The position numbers and the translations under genes were made by a program. Under the pieces are notes generated by a model. That model did not search any database, was not told the DNA's origin, and saw only the letters and a list, made by a program, of their open reading frames with translations. Positions 41,505-54,829 of a stretch of DNA of 64,000 nucleotides are shown one piece after another; within the stretch, counting starts at the first letter, position 1; every line of letters begins with the position of its first letter. Source of the DNA: Octopus vulgaris (taxonomy: Eukaryota). The stretch lies in contig OX597827.1 in NCBI GenBank assembly GCA_951406725.2, positions 64,728,001 through 64,792,000 of the forward strand. The letters are read 5' to 3'.

Positions 41505-42803
41505 CTTGTAATTATGTTTATGATTATACTATTTGTTTTGGGTGTGACTGAAAAACTGCATTAGGACCCTTTTACCAAGTTATAACAAAAAGTTAGTAAA
41601 ATATTTAAAATGTTTACAGTTGGATAGATAGACAAATATAACAAAATAATTTGATAAAAAATGTGAATTTTTAATTATTTTCTGAGATTTTACAAAAACA
41701 AAAAAAATTTCGAAAGTTCTAGGGTACTGAGGAGTTTGAACTCAGCTCTTACACACACATATTTACTCTAATCCGGATTAGTAGTACTGTTAGTGTCCCA
41801 GCTAGAGACTAATTAGCATCTTACAATTACAATAGTAGAATAACCTATCCTGCTACAACTAAGTGACTGAGGAATTTAACTGAGCAATTTATATGGTGTA
41901 GCTTTACATTAAAGAGTGAAACGTAAAATTTCCTGTAATTTAGACTGCCTCATGGTCCCAGCAGGCAAAAAGGAAAAAGGCATTGTCCTGGAGGTTGATG
42001 AGAAAGATGCTCTGGATCAAAGAAACTCCAAGCACAATCCCTAAACCCTTTGTGAGTTCTTTCGGAAAGGAAAAGGCTTGGGAAGTCTACCTCGACAGCA
42101 AATGAATAGCAAAACCCTTCAGAATGTCCGGTACCCTCTTTGACACCCTTTCAGTAACTCCAGAATGTGTGGAAAGTTCCGTCCTGGTAAGGTCGTTTAC
42201 CTAAGACAAGGCCACATCAGCGTACCGCTTGCTCCTCACGGCAGCTATTTTGCTGAGCCACTGAAGTCAGGCTTTCGAGTCTAAAGAATGAGATCGGATT
42301 CCGCCGAGTGACACTTATTTTAAAACCACTTAACTCACCCAGGAAGAAAAGCCCTACAACGATGGAGAAGTGATGAAGATGTAAAGTAGTGGAAGATATT
42401 GACAATTGCAGTTTCAAATCCCTGCGTAGGCGGGTCCTTTCTTCCACGTGATCTTCGGACACGAAGGACTGCTGAGAAACATAAAATTGATTTGCTTCTG
42501 GTAGATCTGAAAATAGCAAATGGAGTGTCACTCAGAAAAATTTACAACGCATATATCTATGCATGTAGCTTGTCAAATATTTCTCTCGAGCTATTGGTAA
42601 AGTTTGATGTCGCCTTTCAGTAAATAAATTAACATTCCAGTGCTGCAGCATGTATTGTATAGTTACTATAATTCGTTCATTTGACAGTGGCCGATGCATA
42701 TAGATAAATAAATAACATATGATGGATGATGTAATAGAATTAATGTAATAGAATTAATTTTAACAGACAACGTTATATTATATCTTTGTGCAATAACTCT
42801 TTG

Positions 42804-42872
42804 CGTAAAGTGGCGGGGTGGAGAAATACTGGACCCACAACCCAGAGGTTCACGAATCGAAACTACGCATTT
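42804..42872 (+). pseudogene. Degenerate initiator tRNA-Met pseudogene
   Basis: AGTGGCG...CTGGACCCACAACCCAGAGG...AATCGAAAC aligns to eukaryotic tRNAi (CTGGGCCCATAACCCAGAGG...GATCGAAAC). Anticodon mutated to CAC; acceptor stem broken. Confidence 0.7.
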
Positions 42873-43059
42873 TAATTCCCAATCACATGGTTTCGGGTTC
42901 AGTTCTACAGTACAGCACCTTGGGCAAATGTATTCTACTTTAGTTTTGGGGCCACTAAAACCTTGTCAGTAGATATATACATGTTTTACAAACAACTTGC
43001 ACATGCAAGTGCAACCATTCGAAAGCTCCACATACCGGAAGCCAGCAAGCTTCTCGTCA

Positions 43060-44520
43060 GGTGAGAATGCGTGCCGTTTCGGGGCTCAGCTCTAGAAGGT
43101 GCACGGCCCCACCACCCTCACTACGCATTGGATCCCCTCATTGTGCACCGGAGCCCCTCACCGCGCACCCTTCTGCTTGTGAACCTCCCCCTCATTGCGC
43201 ACCGCTCTTCCCCGTCATTGCGCACCAGTCCCCCGATTGCTAGATAGAGCTCAATATCCTTCTAGCCATTGCTCTACGTCTGCTTTTAACCAAATCCAGT
43301 GGTTTGCCTTTTCCATTGTAGTGTGGATATCACTTATGGTGGTATTTGCTTTATGATGAGTTAGGGCTAACGATAACAACCGTCGCTTCACACTGTGTCC
43401 AATGAATCCTTTACATCAGACTTCGATTAGAAAATGCTCCATTTTCCAGCCTGCGCCTTCACACTCCTCGAGGTTTTCCTAACGGACAATCATTCAAGCC
43501 CGAGCGGTGTCCATGTTATCTTCACAAGGAACTGTTAACTCGACTAGATGTTCTACTTTCTTTCACACCATATTATGATAACCGGTTTCTTCGTAACTGG
43601 GATGGGAAATAACACTTGGCTCACTAGTAAATCTGCAGTCACTTCCCAATAACCATTTCACTTTTCACCGCTCACAGGAAGTTTCTTCTTGATACAGATC
43701 TGCTGTCCTGAACGCACGAAGGTAATGAAATCTCTGGTTGGTTCTTCCAATTTTTTTTTGCCACTGTTGATGAGAGCAAGTTGGTTCTTTATAGCATTGA
43801 AGATAACCTTAAAGACTAAATTGTGTCCCCATGTATATCTATTCAATACTAGCGAACATTGGGAAATGATATGTTTTAGTGTTCCAAATTTTATGCATAT
43901 GCATATATCATTTGCAGAGACGTTTATCTCACTAGATTTGTAGGCGATGGAAAGGCGCTGTCTTTTTATAAAGAGCATTATATACCTTATTCTCAAACTC
44001 TTTGTATCATTCTTTCTCATTAGCAGCAGGCCACAGAAACCTCGGTTTCATCCGACTACCATCTGATGCACCAGTCTCATATTCTGCAGTTTTCTGTGGG
44101 GAAGAGGTATTTGCTGTAGCATTTATCGATCCGCTGTGGTTTGAGTCCGGAGATGATTAACCGCGTGTTTTATGATCAGATGATCCACACTGCTGTCCTC
44201 TTCTTACAATTCTTTTCCTGGTGTATCTTCAAGCCTCTTTCGATTGCATCCAAAGTTGTTTGCAATTCGTTCGCTGTTAGAAGGAATAATCATAATCATT
44301 TCCAAGGTCATTTCCGTGTTAGCTGGGTTAGACTGATTCTCGACTCCCCACTCTCGGTCAATCATGAGACTCTTATTCTCATTGGTAGTTGTTACAATAT
44401 ATCACAAAGGCGAGAACTGTGAGTCCGCAGCGTTGGACAGTCTTTCTTGGCGTCAGTAGTCTTTCCCTTTGTCAGCTCGTCTTTCCGAACAGTCTTCCTG
44501 TCCTTCTAAGATGCCTAACC
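43060..44520 (-). mobile_element. HERO-like RLE non-LTR retrotransposon, decayed, RT domain absent
   Basis: In order: RGLKIHQEKNC, FLWPAANEKE*YKEF, FPSPTNLVR*, CICIKFGTLKHIISQC...RYTWGHNLV (CCHC), WEVTADL, KKPVIIIW, LVELTVPCEDN, GW...IEV*CKGF, EKANHWIWLK; stop at ~43251. Outer ends approximate. Confidence 0.87.
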
Positions 44521-44560
44521 GTCTTTCCAGTTTATTAAACAACATATTTCCATCAATTGT

Positions 44561-44740
44561 TGGCACATGAGTGGCTGTGTGGTAAGCAGCTTGCTTACCA
44601 ACCACATGGTTCCGGGTTCAGTCCAACTGCGTGGCACCTCGGGCAAATGTCTTCTTCTATAGCTTCGGGCCGACTAAAGCCTTGTGAGTGGATTTGGTAG
44701 ACGGAAACTGAAAGAAGCCCGTCGTATATATGTATATATA
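44561..44740 (+). mobile_element. SINE family A 5' half
   Basis: GAGTGGCTGTGTGGTAAGCAGC...GAAAGAAGCCCGTCGTATATATG. Confidence 0.9.
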
Positions 44741-44912
44741 TACACCAAAATTTCACATGTATTCATAAACAACTTACATCAGCGGATATTTCATTTCAGA
44801 GATTGCTTTAATAAGCCACTGTTTAATCATTTGCTCTCTGGTAGTTTACTAGAATCAGCTGTTTTAAATTTACTTTGCTCTGAAACAAATAACAAGCAGT
44901 ATAAACGCAAAT

Positions 44913-45238
44913 TTTAAAATTTCTTTTATTTATGCACCATTTCAAACCTAGTCAGGCTCATGGGCCCGGTTTTCCGGTATCTATGGCGTATGTGGTCCCC
45001 CCCCCCAGCTGGACAGGACGCCAGTCCATCGCAGTGTTACTCAAGAAACAGGAAGAAAGAGTGAGAGAAAGTTGTGGCGAAAGAGTACAACAGGGGTCGC
45101 CACCACCCCCTGCCAAAACCTCGTGGAGCTTTAGGTGTTTTCGCTCAATAAACACACACAACGACCGGTCTCGGAATCGAAACCGTGATCCTCTGACCGC
45201 GAGTCCGGTGCCCTAACCACTGGGCCATTGCGGCTCCA
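44913..45238 (-). mobile_element. SINE with C-type head and V-like tail, 13-bp TSD
   Basis: Head matches 41140-41330; tail CTGCGATGGACTGGCGTCCTGTCCAG...; TATAAACGCAAAT at 44900-44912 and 45239-45251. Confidence 0.9.
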
Positions 45239-45769
45239 TATAAACGCAAATAACCACCTCTAATTAACTGACAATAAATAACAAAATATTTAAAACCAAC
45301 TGAAATAGTAATATTTTACTCTCAAGGAAATCCAGTTTATCTTAAATATAAAAAAACAGCAAATAGAAAGAAAAAAACAACAACCTAAAACCTCCAACGA
45401 AAGCAAGACACAAGTCAGCCTATCGTTAAAAGGAAAGAAAATGAACTCCAAATAAACAAGAAACATTATTTTTTCTTTAACTTGGTGTAGCAACTATTTT
45501 GGTTTGCGCAATTACGGTAAGATTGCTTGTGATAGAAACATCAGATTTATTACCCTTGCATTTATTCAAGTCGAATTATTGACATCCTGTCCAAAATACG
45601 TTGTAATGTGTTTAAAACTAATTGAATGTCTGTTTACATCTTTATCTACTTTTATATATTAAATATATGATGGGAATTCAGAAGTACGACGCGCCGTATA
45701 AAGCCTGAAGCTAGAGTAAATATATATATATATACATTCATATATATGTGTGTGTATATATATATATGC

Positions 45770-45812
<43 letters not shown>

Positions 45813-45877
45813 TACATATATATATTACATATATACACATACACGTACATAAATACATGCATGCACATACACACACA

Positions 45878-45947
<70 letters not shown>

Positions 45948-46166
45948 TACATACATATGTAAAAGGAAGGATATATATATATATATATCCACACACACTC
46001 ATATATATATATGTGTGTGTGTGTGTATATATATATATATGCGTGTATATATATATATTCATACATATACATAAATATATTACATATATACACATACATA
46101 AATACATACATATATACATACATATGTAAAAAGAAGAATATATATATATGTATATATATATATGTA

Positions 46167-46223
<57 letters not shown>

Positions 46224-47727
46224 GTATATGCATATGTAAAAGGAAAGATCTATTTAAGTATCTATCATAATCTTGCAACACTTTGTCTGTAGGACAAGAA
46301 ACAATCATTGATAATCTCATAACATGCCAACTTATAGACTAAGACCACAAAACTACTCCACCCACAACCACAACCACGACTACCACCACCAGCACCCCCG
46401 CCACCTCCAGTATCATCACAAAGACGACAACGACAACCACGACCACGACTGCGACTACGTTTATAACCGCCACGAAAGCATTACCACGACCACCATCGTC
46501 ACTACCATCGAAACAGTTATTACCACTATCAGAAACACGAGTTCAGCCTCACAACTACGACATTTCTTACTAACGTCACCACCACTGACATTATCGCCAC
46601 CACCACAACCATTTCCACCACCACCACCACCATCATCATCAGCACCATAATCATTACGGGCTCTACCATTGTCACCTCCATCGCTATTACAAAAGAACGG
46701 CCACCAACACGACCATCACTACTATACCGACAAACATCTCCCGAGTTTTCCAGCGGTAAACACATTGGCTTGTTCAGTTTGATGCTTGCGAATATCATTC
46801 CTTCGAAAGGGATTCAATATGTGGTTATTTATTCTGATGATAGGGCAAATGCTTTGTAAACTGGAGCGAATGGGACTCTAGAATTAGAACGAAAATCGAC
46901 TGCACTTGGAATAGATGTCAACTATTGGTAGTTGCCTCTGTAAGAGCCTTTGGATTTATCTAAGTTCAGCAGAGTTCCACAGAAGATACATCACAGCTAT
47001 CTTCTCTGGAAGGAATCTCAACCGTGTTTCGTGTTCTTCTACTACAACGGCTCCTTTATAGGATCCAGTCAGCTCAACACATCGTCAGGAGGAACCACGT
47101 CCGGTTTCGTTCCCTACTCCTCTACTGCCTTGACGCGGCGCCCCCCTCTTTCGAGGGTGTCTTCAGCTCTGGTGTTGGGTGCATGTCTTCTTTCTTCTTC
47201 TTTCTTCTCTTCCCTATGTATCAGATAAGTTGGAGGATGTCCTGAAGAACCTTGTCGGGAATGGCATGTGTCTGCATTTTGACCTACTATAGACGAAAAA
47301 TGTCAGATACCGTGGGAGCACCTTGGGCCAGATTGATGACCTCGGGGTCCAATGCCATTTGCAGTAGAGTCTAGCAGAAAAAGGGGGCAAAGAACCATGT
47401 GGTTGGTAAGCAAGCTACTTACCACACATTCACTCTTGTGCCTGCCACACAGCCACTCCTGCGTCTACCACACAGCTACTCCTGTATATATATACATACA
47501 TGTTTGTATATGTGTGTGTGTGTGTGTGTGCGTGTATATGTGTGTATTGTGTGTTTGCGTTCTGTGTTTACCTCAGACCACTGCTTCACAATGGTGTTTT
47601 CATAAAACACCATATACTGGATTTAGAAGACTGGCTAGAAAAGTCTACCTAGCCCAATGCAGTAGTACTTGGAATAGTTAAAGAATATGCGGCCTCGAAA
47701 TAGTACAGACTTGCGAAGAATTGAATA

Positions 47728-48209
47728 CCTATTTCTTTACTACCCACAAGGGACTAAACACAGAGAGGACAAACAAGGACAGACAAACGGATTAAGTCGA
47801 TTACATCGACCCCAGTGTTTCACTGGTATTTAATTTATCGACCCCGAAAGGATTGAGAGGCAAAGTCGACTTCAGCGGAACTTGAACTTAGAACGTCACG
47901 GCAGACGAAATACGGCTACGCATTTCGCCCGGCGTGCTAACGTTTCTGCCAGCTCGCTGCCTTTTAACTTCCTATACCTATTTCTTTACTACCCACAAGG
48001 GGCTAAACACAGAGAGGACAAACAAGGACCGACAAACGGAGCAAGTCGGTTATATTGACCCCAGTGCCTAACTGGTACTTAATTTATCGACTCCGAAAGG
48101 GTGAAAGGTAAAGTCGACCTCGGTGGAAGTTGAACTCAACGTCACGGCAGACGAAATACGGCTACGCATTTCGCCCGGCGTGCTAACGTTTCTGCCAGCT
48201 CGCCGCCTT
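47728..48209 (-). mobile_element. SINE family B tandem pair
   Basis: Two full copies (47728-47963, 47978-48209); AAGAATTGAATACC flanks both sides of the pair. Confidence 0.92.
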
Positions 48210-48628
48210 AAAGAATTGAATACCACGCGCCTATTAATGATCTCAGTATCATATCAGTTATTTTTATGCTAATTTATGCTGTGAATACAAGAGCCCGTGT
48301 GTCCAAGGACATACGCTGCAGCTCCTTTTGATAACATAAACTTTGTTCATCGTGCAGAAATGATGGCGTACCAAGCTCGCTACGAGCATGTCTTCTAAAG
48401 TGTCATTTCTTATCGCTCCATTGAATTTGTTGACTCTTCCGCCTCGGTCCTATGTATTGTCCTGCCTGCCGACCATTTTATTAGAACCTATCGTCGCTTT
48501 CTCCAGTGATTCTTTTGTTCTCTTCAAGGATTTAGATGTTTGTAAACATACCTCGTTACATGCGGAGCATACGATAAAAATGCCTCTATCTAAAGAGTTA
48601 ACAAAGCCGATATGTAAATGTGTGAGTA

Positions 48629-48709
<81 letters not shown>

Positions 48710-48850
48710 GTCTATCTAGCTATTCATCCATCTATCTATCTATCTATCCATCCATCATTCCATCTATGTATGTATGTATGTATGTATGTATGTATGTATG
48801 TATGTATGTATGTATGTATGTATGTATGTATCTATCTATCTATCTATCTA

Positions 48851-48902
<52 letters not shown>

Positions 48903-49575
48903 CACATACGTATATTTGATGTCATATTTCTGTGAGATCCTTTCTCTCTCTCTTGATATATATATATATATATTTATTTATTTATATATGCATAGGCGCC
49001 TCAGTTATATCTACATCACTATGTACACATCATTACATGTGCACACGCACACACATCGGGAGAGAGAAAGAGAGAGAGAAAGGGGACATCGTTATAGGTG
49101 TATGCAACGCAGACATGTAGAGAACAAAAGAAAACTTGCAAGCTAATTTCGGTTCTGTACGTTACGCGCATTACATAACGTAACGATCCACTTTAATGGG
49201 AGTTACATCAGTGTTGTCAAGAGGTACTGAAGTGAAAAAGCTTGGAGAGTGAGAGAAACTTGTAATTGGAACCGACTGCTAAAGGCTGAATATTGAAATA
49301 GTTATAAGCACATTCGTCTAACGTTTCTGCATTTCTGGTGATTTAAAGGATCAACTGTAGCTAATGCCATGTTTAATTTTAGGCCCCGAAACACTTCTTG
49401 TTCGGGATAATCATTAGCGTATCGAATAAATGAAGGATATCTTTGATCATAGCTTGGAATCATTAGTTAGAGAGTTCAAAAGCTATTTAACCTCTTTCCT
49501 ATGCTAATCCACCTGTACGCATTCATTTAACTCCTGTCTTTCAATAACTCTTTACCTTTATTTCAATTTGTGCAA

Positions 49576-49626
<51 letters not shown>

Positions 49627-49662
49627 GCATTTACAAATATATGTTATATATATATATTTATA

Positions 49663-49725
<63 letters not shown>

Positions 49726-49743
49726 ATATATGTATAATATATA

Positions 49744-49779
<36 letters not shown>

Positions 49780-50093
49780 ATATATATAGATACATACACA
49801 CACACGTACATATGCATGTGTGTGGGTGTATACATGAGTGCGTAATTGTGACACGCACTACAAACAGATACACGTATATTTTCGTATTCACAACCAATAA
49901 TATGGTAAGCTTTAGAAATCGTATTAACGAAGATATATTCGTCTGCTTGCGTATGTGTGCATATGTAAACATATATGACTATGTGTATAGATATGTATAA
50001 ATATATATATATATACATATATATATATATGTATATATATATGTGTATGTATATATATACGTATATGTATATGTATGTAGATATGTAGATATG

Positions 50094-50143
<50 letters not shown>

Positions 50144-50943
50144 TTACACATACACACATTATTTAGTATCATTCATTTAGTATGTATGTATATATATTAA
50201 TATACATATATAATACATCATAAATTGTATTTACAGGTGGATATTTTTCGTCCAACAGCTAATTTGTGGCGTAGTTCGACATGTAGCCAATTTTATCCGA
50301 AAGCTATTCTAGGATGTAAATCACCGTATAGAAAATTGAGACACCGCATATATATATATATATATATTTACAAGTGCAAATTTGGCGTTAACTCCGCTTA
50401 ACATCTGTGACTTACTAACAAGCCAGGCAGGTTACTATAAATTGCAAACGAGCCTCTTGTTTGCGTTCTTATGTGTTTTTAAAATTCTGTCGAAACGTAG
50501 ATGCTTCAATTTCAGCAAGGTTTTCTCCTCCAGCGATCTTGAAAACGCACACGTAAATAGTTTCACACACACTTGCGCGCAACACGTTTTCTCATATGCA
50601 AAATTCCATCTCACAATTTTCCGCCATATTTCGACGCCTTACAGATACTCGCGCGTACATACATACACCTCCAGCACACACACACAGATATACACACAAA
50701 CTCATGCGCACACCGACACACGCACCCACGCAAGCCTACGGTATTATCCACACAACTATATAAACATATGCGCACGCAAATGCATGTACATTTATACCTG
50801 CAAGAACACACATACACACTTATATATAATTATATGTATATAAATATCTCTCTAGGTATGTATATACTTTTATATTTACCTTTATATATAACAAATATGT
50901 ATATATATATGTATATACATACATATATATATCCATATATGCG

Positions 50944-50977
<34 letters not shown>

Positions 50978-50989
50978 AGTAAATTTATA

Positions 50990-51034
<45 letters not shown>

Positions 51035-51189
51035 GCGTGTCTGTCTGTGTATATACATACATTCATATATATATATACACGCGTGTCTGCCTGTGTATAT
51101 ACATACATACATATATATATATATATTCACTTATGTTTTCTACATGTGAATATTATATATGGATATATGTATATACATATACACGTGTG

Positions 51190-51236
<47 letters not shown>

Positions 51237-51941
51237 GAACCACACTAGCTTACACACACAGACACGCACACACATACACCCCTCCACACACTCACACGCG
51301 AACACACACAACACACCAGCTTGAACATTAACACACAGCAAAAACATTTGTTTTTCGCTGCCTTTATAATTATATTCCATCCAGAAATCCAGTTAGTTCC
51401 CATTTCAAAAGGGGACGTAACCGTGAGTTAATCAAGGTGTTCTATCTTCTAACCAAGGTTGTAATGTCGCCAGGAGCTATACTACGTTATATCATAATCA
51501 TCCATTTATTTTTGCTTTCACATCTACTTTCTATTTATGTATAAGAACGATGACAGTGTTATGATATCCAGCCTATCATCAGCATATGCGAGCGGAATAC
51601 GGTGTATGTATGTACGTATGCATGCATGCATGCATGCATCTTTGTATGTATGTATGTATGTATGTATGTATGTATGTATGTATGTATGTACGCGTGCACG
51701 TGTGGATACGTGTGTGCATCTCTGTGTGTGTATGTATATATATATATATATATATAGGTATATAAATATATGTATATGCATATATATTTACATATGTATA
51801 AATATGTACAAATATACGTGTATATATATACACACACACACACACACACATATATATAATTATATATATATATATGTGTACATATGTATGCAGGTGTCTA
51901 TCAATCTATCTACCTATCTATCTGTTTGTCTACCTATCTAG

Positions 51942-52012
<71 letters not shown>

Positions 52013-52055
52013 GTTAGTTATCTATCTATCTATCTACCTGTCAATCTATCTGTCA

Positions 52056-52133
<78 letters not shown>

Positions 52134-52399
52134 TTATCTATCTATCTATCGTCTATCTATATATGATTAACTTAGATTTACTGACTTTTGGTATTGTATC
52201 TTCATTCCTTAGAGAAAGCAAAGAGAGAAAAATACATGCACACACATATATATGCACATTCGTTTATAAAAGTAGAATGTAAGTATTTATACATATGCAT
52301 AAATGCATAGATTCATACACAGAAACTTACCCACATACACACACACATACACATATATATATATATATATAATTACATACGTGTATATGTCTGTGCATG

Positions 52400-52442
52400 C
52401 ATTCGTTCGAAGTTGATTTTTCTACCCCAATTGATGGAGCGG

Positions 52443-52484
<42 letters not shown>

Positions 52485-53825
52485 CGAAGCCGTTGATTGC
52501 AGTTGCTTGAACTAGATATGAATGATAATCCAGTTAATAAAAATATATATTGGTTGCTTAGGAAATTGCACACGTGAAGAAACTCTGAGTAATAATTGAC
52601 TGAACCATGAAATATCAATTCATATCGGTTGGATAATCCCTACTATCAGTGATACGTCCTAACTTAATTAATGAAGATCAGCGTACAATTGTAGTCACTT
52701 CCAAGTTCCTCATTTGTGTTTGTTTCCCAGCCGGTGTTGGTTTGTTAACGTCAACTAAATAAGCTGTTCCGCAAAGAACAGATAACTTTCTTTATTGGCC
52801 ACACAGGGCTGAACGTAGAAGGGACAAATACAAATGTAGAGCTTTTCTTTTCGAAAATGGAAAAGTAAAAGGTGAAAAAAAGGGAACAAATGTAAAATTC
52901 CGATCAAAAGGGATCGGGGAAGAAAAAAAATTTAAGTGATTAAAAGGGATCGTATATCACAGAAAGGAATTTTTAAAAAGTAAGAAACAAGATTAGGTTT
53001 ATCCGAGGAAAGAAAAGCCTACGGAAAAGACCACGGTAACCTCATGCAGGGAGGAAATAAACATATGAGAACAAACTGCTCTCTCTCTCCCTTTTTACGA
53101 TTTACAGGATCATGCTCACAGTGGTTTCGTCGCTCGCACGCACCATCTTTGCTACATTCACCCTACGTTCTTTGAAACCTTCCTTAGAACAGATAGAATA
53201 CGTAGCAGACCTGGGGCCGATTTGTTCCACAGGGCTGTTTCCCAGCATAGCCTGAGTCTAATAAGGGAAACAAGTAATAGAAAATAATGACTATAGCAAG
53301 AGCCGCGGATGACAGATTCGAAAGAACGCCAGATGATTCGATTTGCGATATTTATTTACTTTCCTCCACTTAATGTGTTTAAATCTTACCCAACACAACA
53401 TTACCTCTCACAGTTCAGTGATCTTAGAAATACGTAACAATCAAATACGGTATCAACATATTCAAGTCTAAATAAAGCTTATTTAGAGGACGTCAACAAG
53501 CCAACACCGGCTGGGGAACAAACTCAAGTGTGGAACTTGAAAGCGACTACAACTGTACGCTGATTTTCATTAATTTAGTTAGGATGTATCGCAGTTACTA
53601 GGGATTATCCATTCGATTTGAATTGATAGTGTATGGTTTACGCAATTATTACGCAGAGTTTCTTGACATGTGCAATTTTCTAAGCAACCAATATATATTT
53701 TTATTGACTGGATGATCATTCATATCTAGTTCAAGCAACAGCAATCATCCGCTTCGAAGAATATATATAAATAAGGCCCACTACATCTGGTGGAGTAGAG
53801 AAATCAACTTCGAATGAATACACAC
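52400..53825. repeat. Diverged ~340-bp inverted duplication (52400-52752 / 53489-53825)
   Basis: E.g. GTTGCTTGAACTAGATATGAATGA vs TCATTCATATCTAGTTCAAGCAAC, and CCCAGCCGGTGTTGG vs CCAACACCGGCTGGG. Confidence 0.9.
52785..53185 (-). mobile_element. 5'-truncated LINE 3' end (possibly L1/Tx1-like) with 10-bp TSD
   Basis: TSD AGAACAGATA at 52775-52784 and 53186-53195; ORF end KEGFKERRVNVAKMVRASDETTVSMIL*; tail matches SINE B tail. Clade assignment is tentative. Confidence 0.65.
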
Positions 53826-53984
53826 AAATACGACTGGTTTCTTTCAGTTTCCGTCAACCAAATCCACTAAAAAGGCTTTGGTTTACTTAGGGCTATACTA
53901 GAAAATACTAGTAAGATGGAACACGAAACCTTGTGGGTTCGGAAGAAAACTTCTTATCACACAGGTGTAGCTAAAAGTAAAAAA

Positions 53985-54300
53985 AATATTGTGAAAGTAA
54001 AATTCAAAATAGATGGTAAAATTTAAATATTATGAAAAACGAAGTTAAAGAAATTATGTAAGTTATATATTTATAATAGAATATTATGAAACTTTAAAAA
54101 TAAGTTTTGAAAGAGCAATTAAGAGATTATAAAAGGTAAATTGAAAATAGATTAGGAAAGATAAAGGAAAAATGGATTATGAAAATTAAATTAAAATAGA
54201 TTTTGAAAGGTAAATTTAAAATAGATTATACGAGTAAAATTAGAAATAGATTATGAAAATAATATGAAAAATATATTACGTAAGATTATTTCGATGTAGA
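53985..54300 (+). repeat. Degenerate ~25-bp AT-rich minisatellite (AAATAGATTATGAAAG.TAAATT)
   Basis: Repeated AAAATAGATT units; reverse-complement arrays at 55730-55980 and 57675-57930. Confidence 0.75.
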
Positions 54301-54404
54301 TTAAAGAGCGTTAATTTGAAAAATATCTGCAGAAGAAAAATCACAGAAATGTCACGAAAATTAAGATGAAAATATACTATTAAAAATTGTTTCTAATTGT
54401 AGGA

Positions 54405-54753
54405 CATGAAGAAGCGGAGACCCCCTCCGGTCATGAATGACCATGATACTGCACTTAGAAAGTTACCCTATGAGGCACAAGTCAGGGCAAGATTGTTTGT
54501 GGAAGGCTAGCAGTCGTCCATGCATACCAGCCTCCCCTTCTCCCACTGATGATATCCAAATGAAAGGCAAAGAGGTTGATACAGCTTGGCACCAGTGATG
54601 TCGTAACTCATTTCTACAGCTGAGTCAACTGGAGCAACGTGAAATAAAGTGTCTTGCTCAAGAACACAACACACAGCCCGGTCCGGGAATCGAACTCATA
54701 ACTTCACGATCGTAAGCTCTACGCTCTAACCACTGAGCCATTTGCCTTCACAC
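54405..54753 (-). mobile_element. SINE family D with 8-bp TSD
   Basis: Reverse complement of 33410-33748; TTGTAGGA on both sides. Confidence 0.9.
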
Positions 54754-54829
54754 TTGTAGGATAAGGCCATCAATTTTAAAAGAAAGGTAAATTCGATCAT
54801 ATCCTCTTCAGTACTAAATTTGTTTCCAT

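Noticed and set aside
54546-54580. CTGATGA...GAAA
   Set aside because: Chance match on the antisense of SINE D; no stem I or III pairing.
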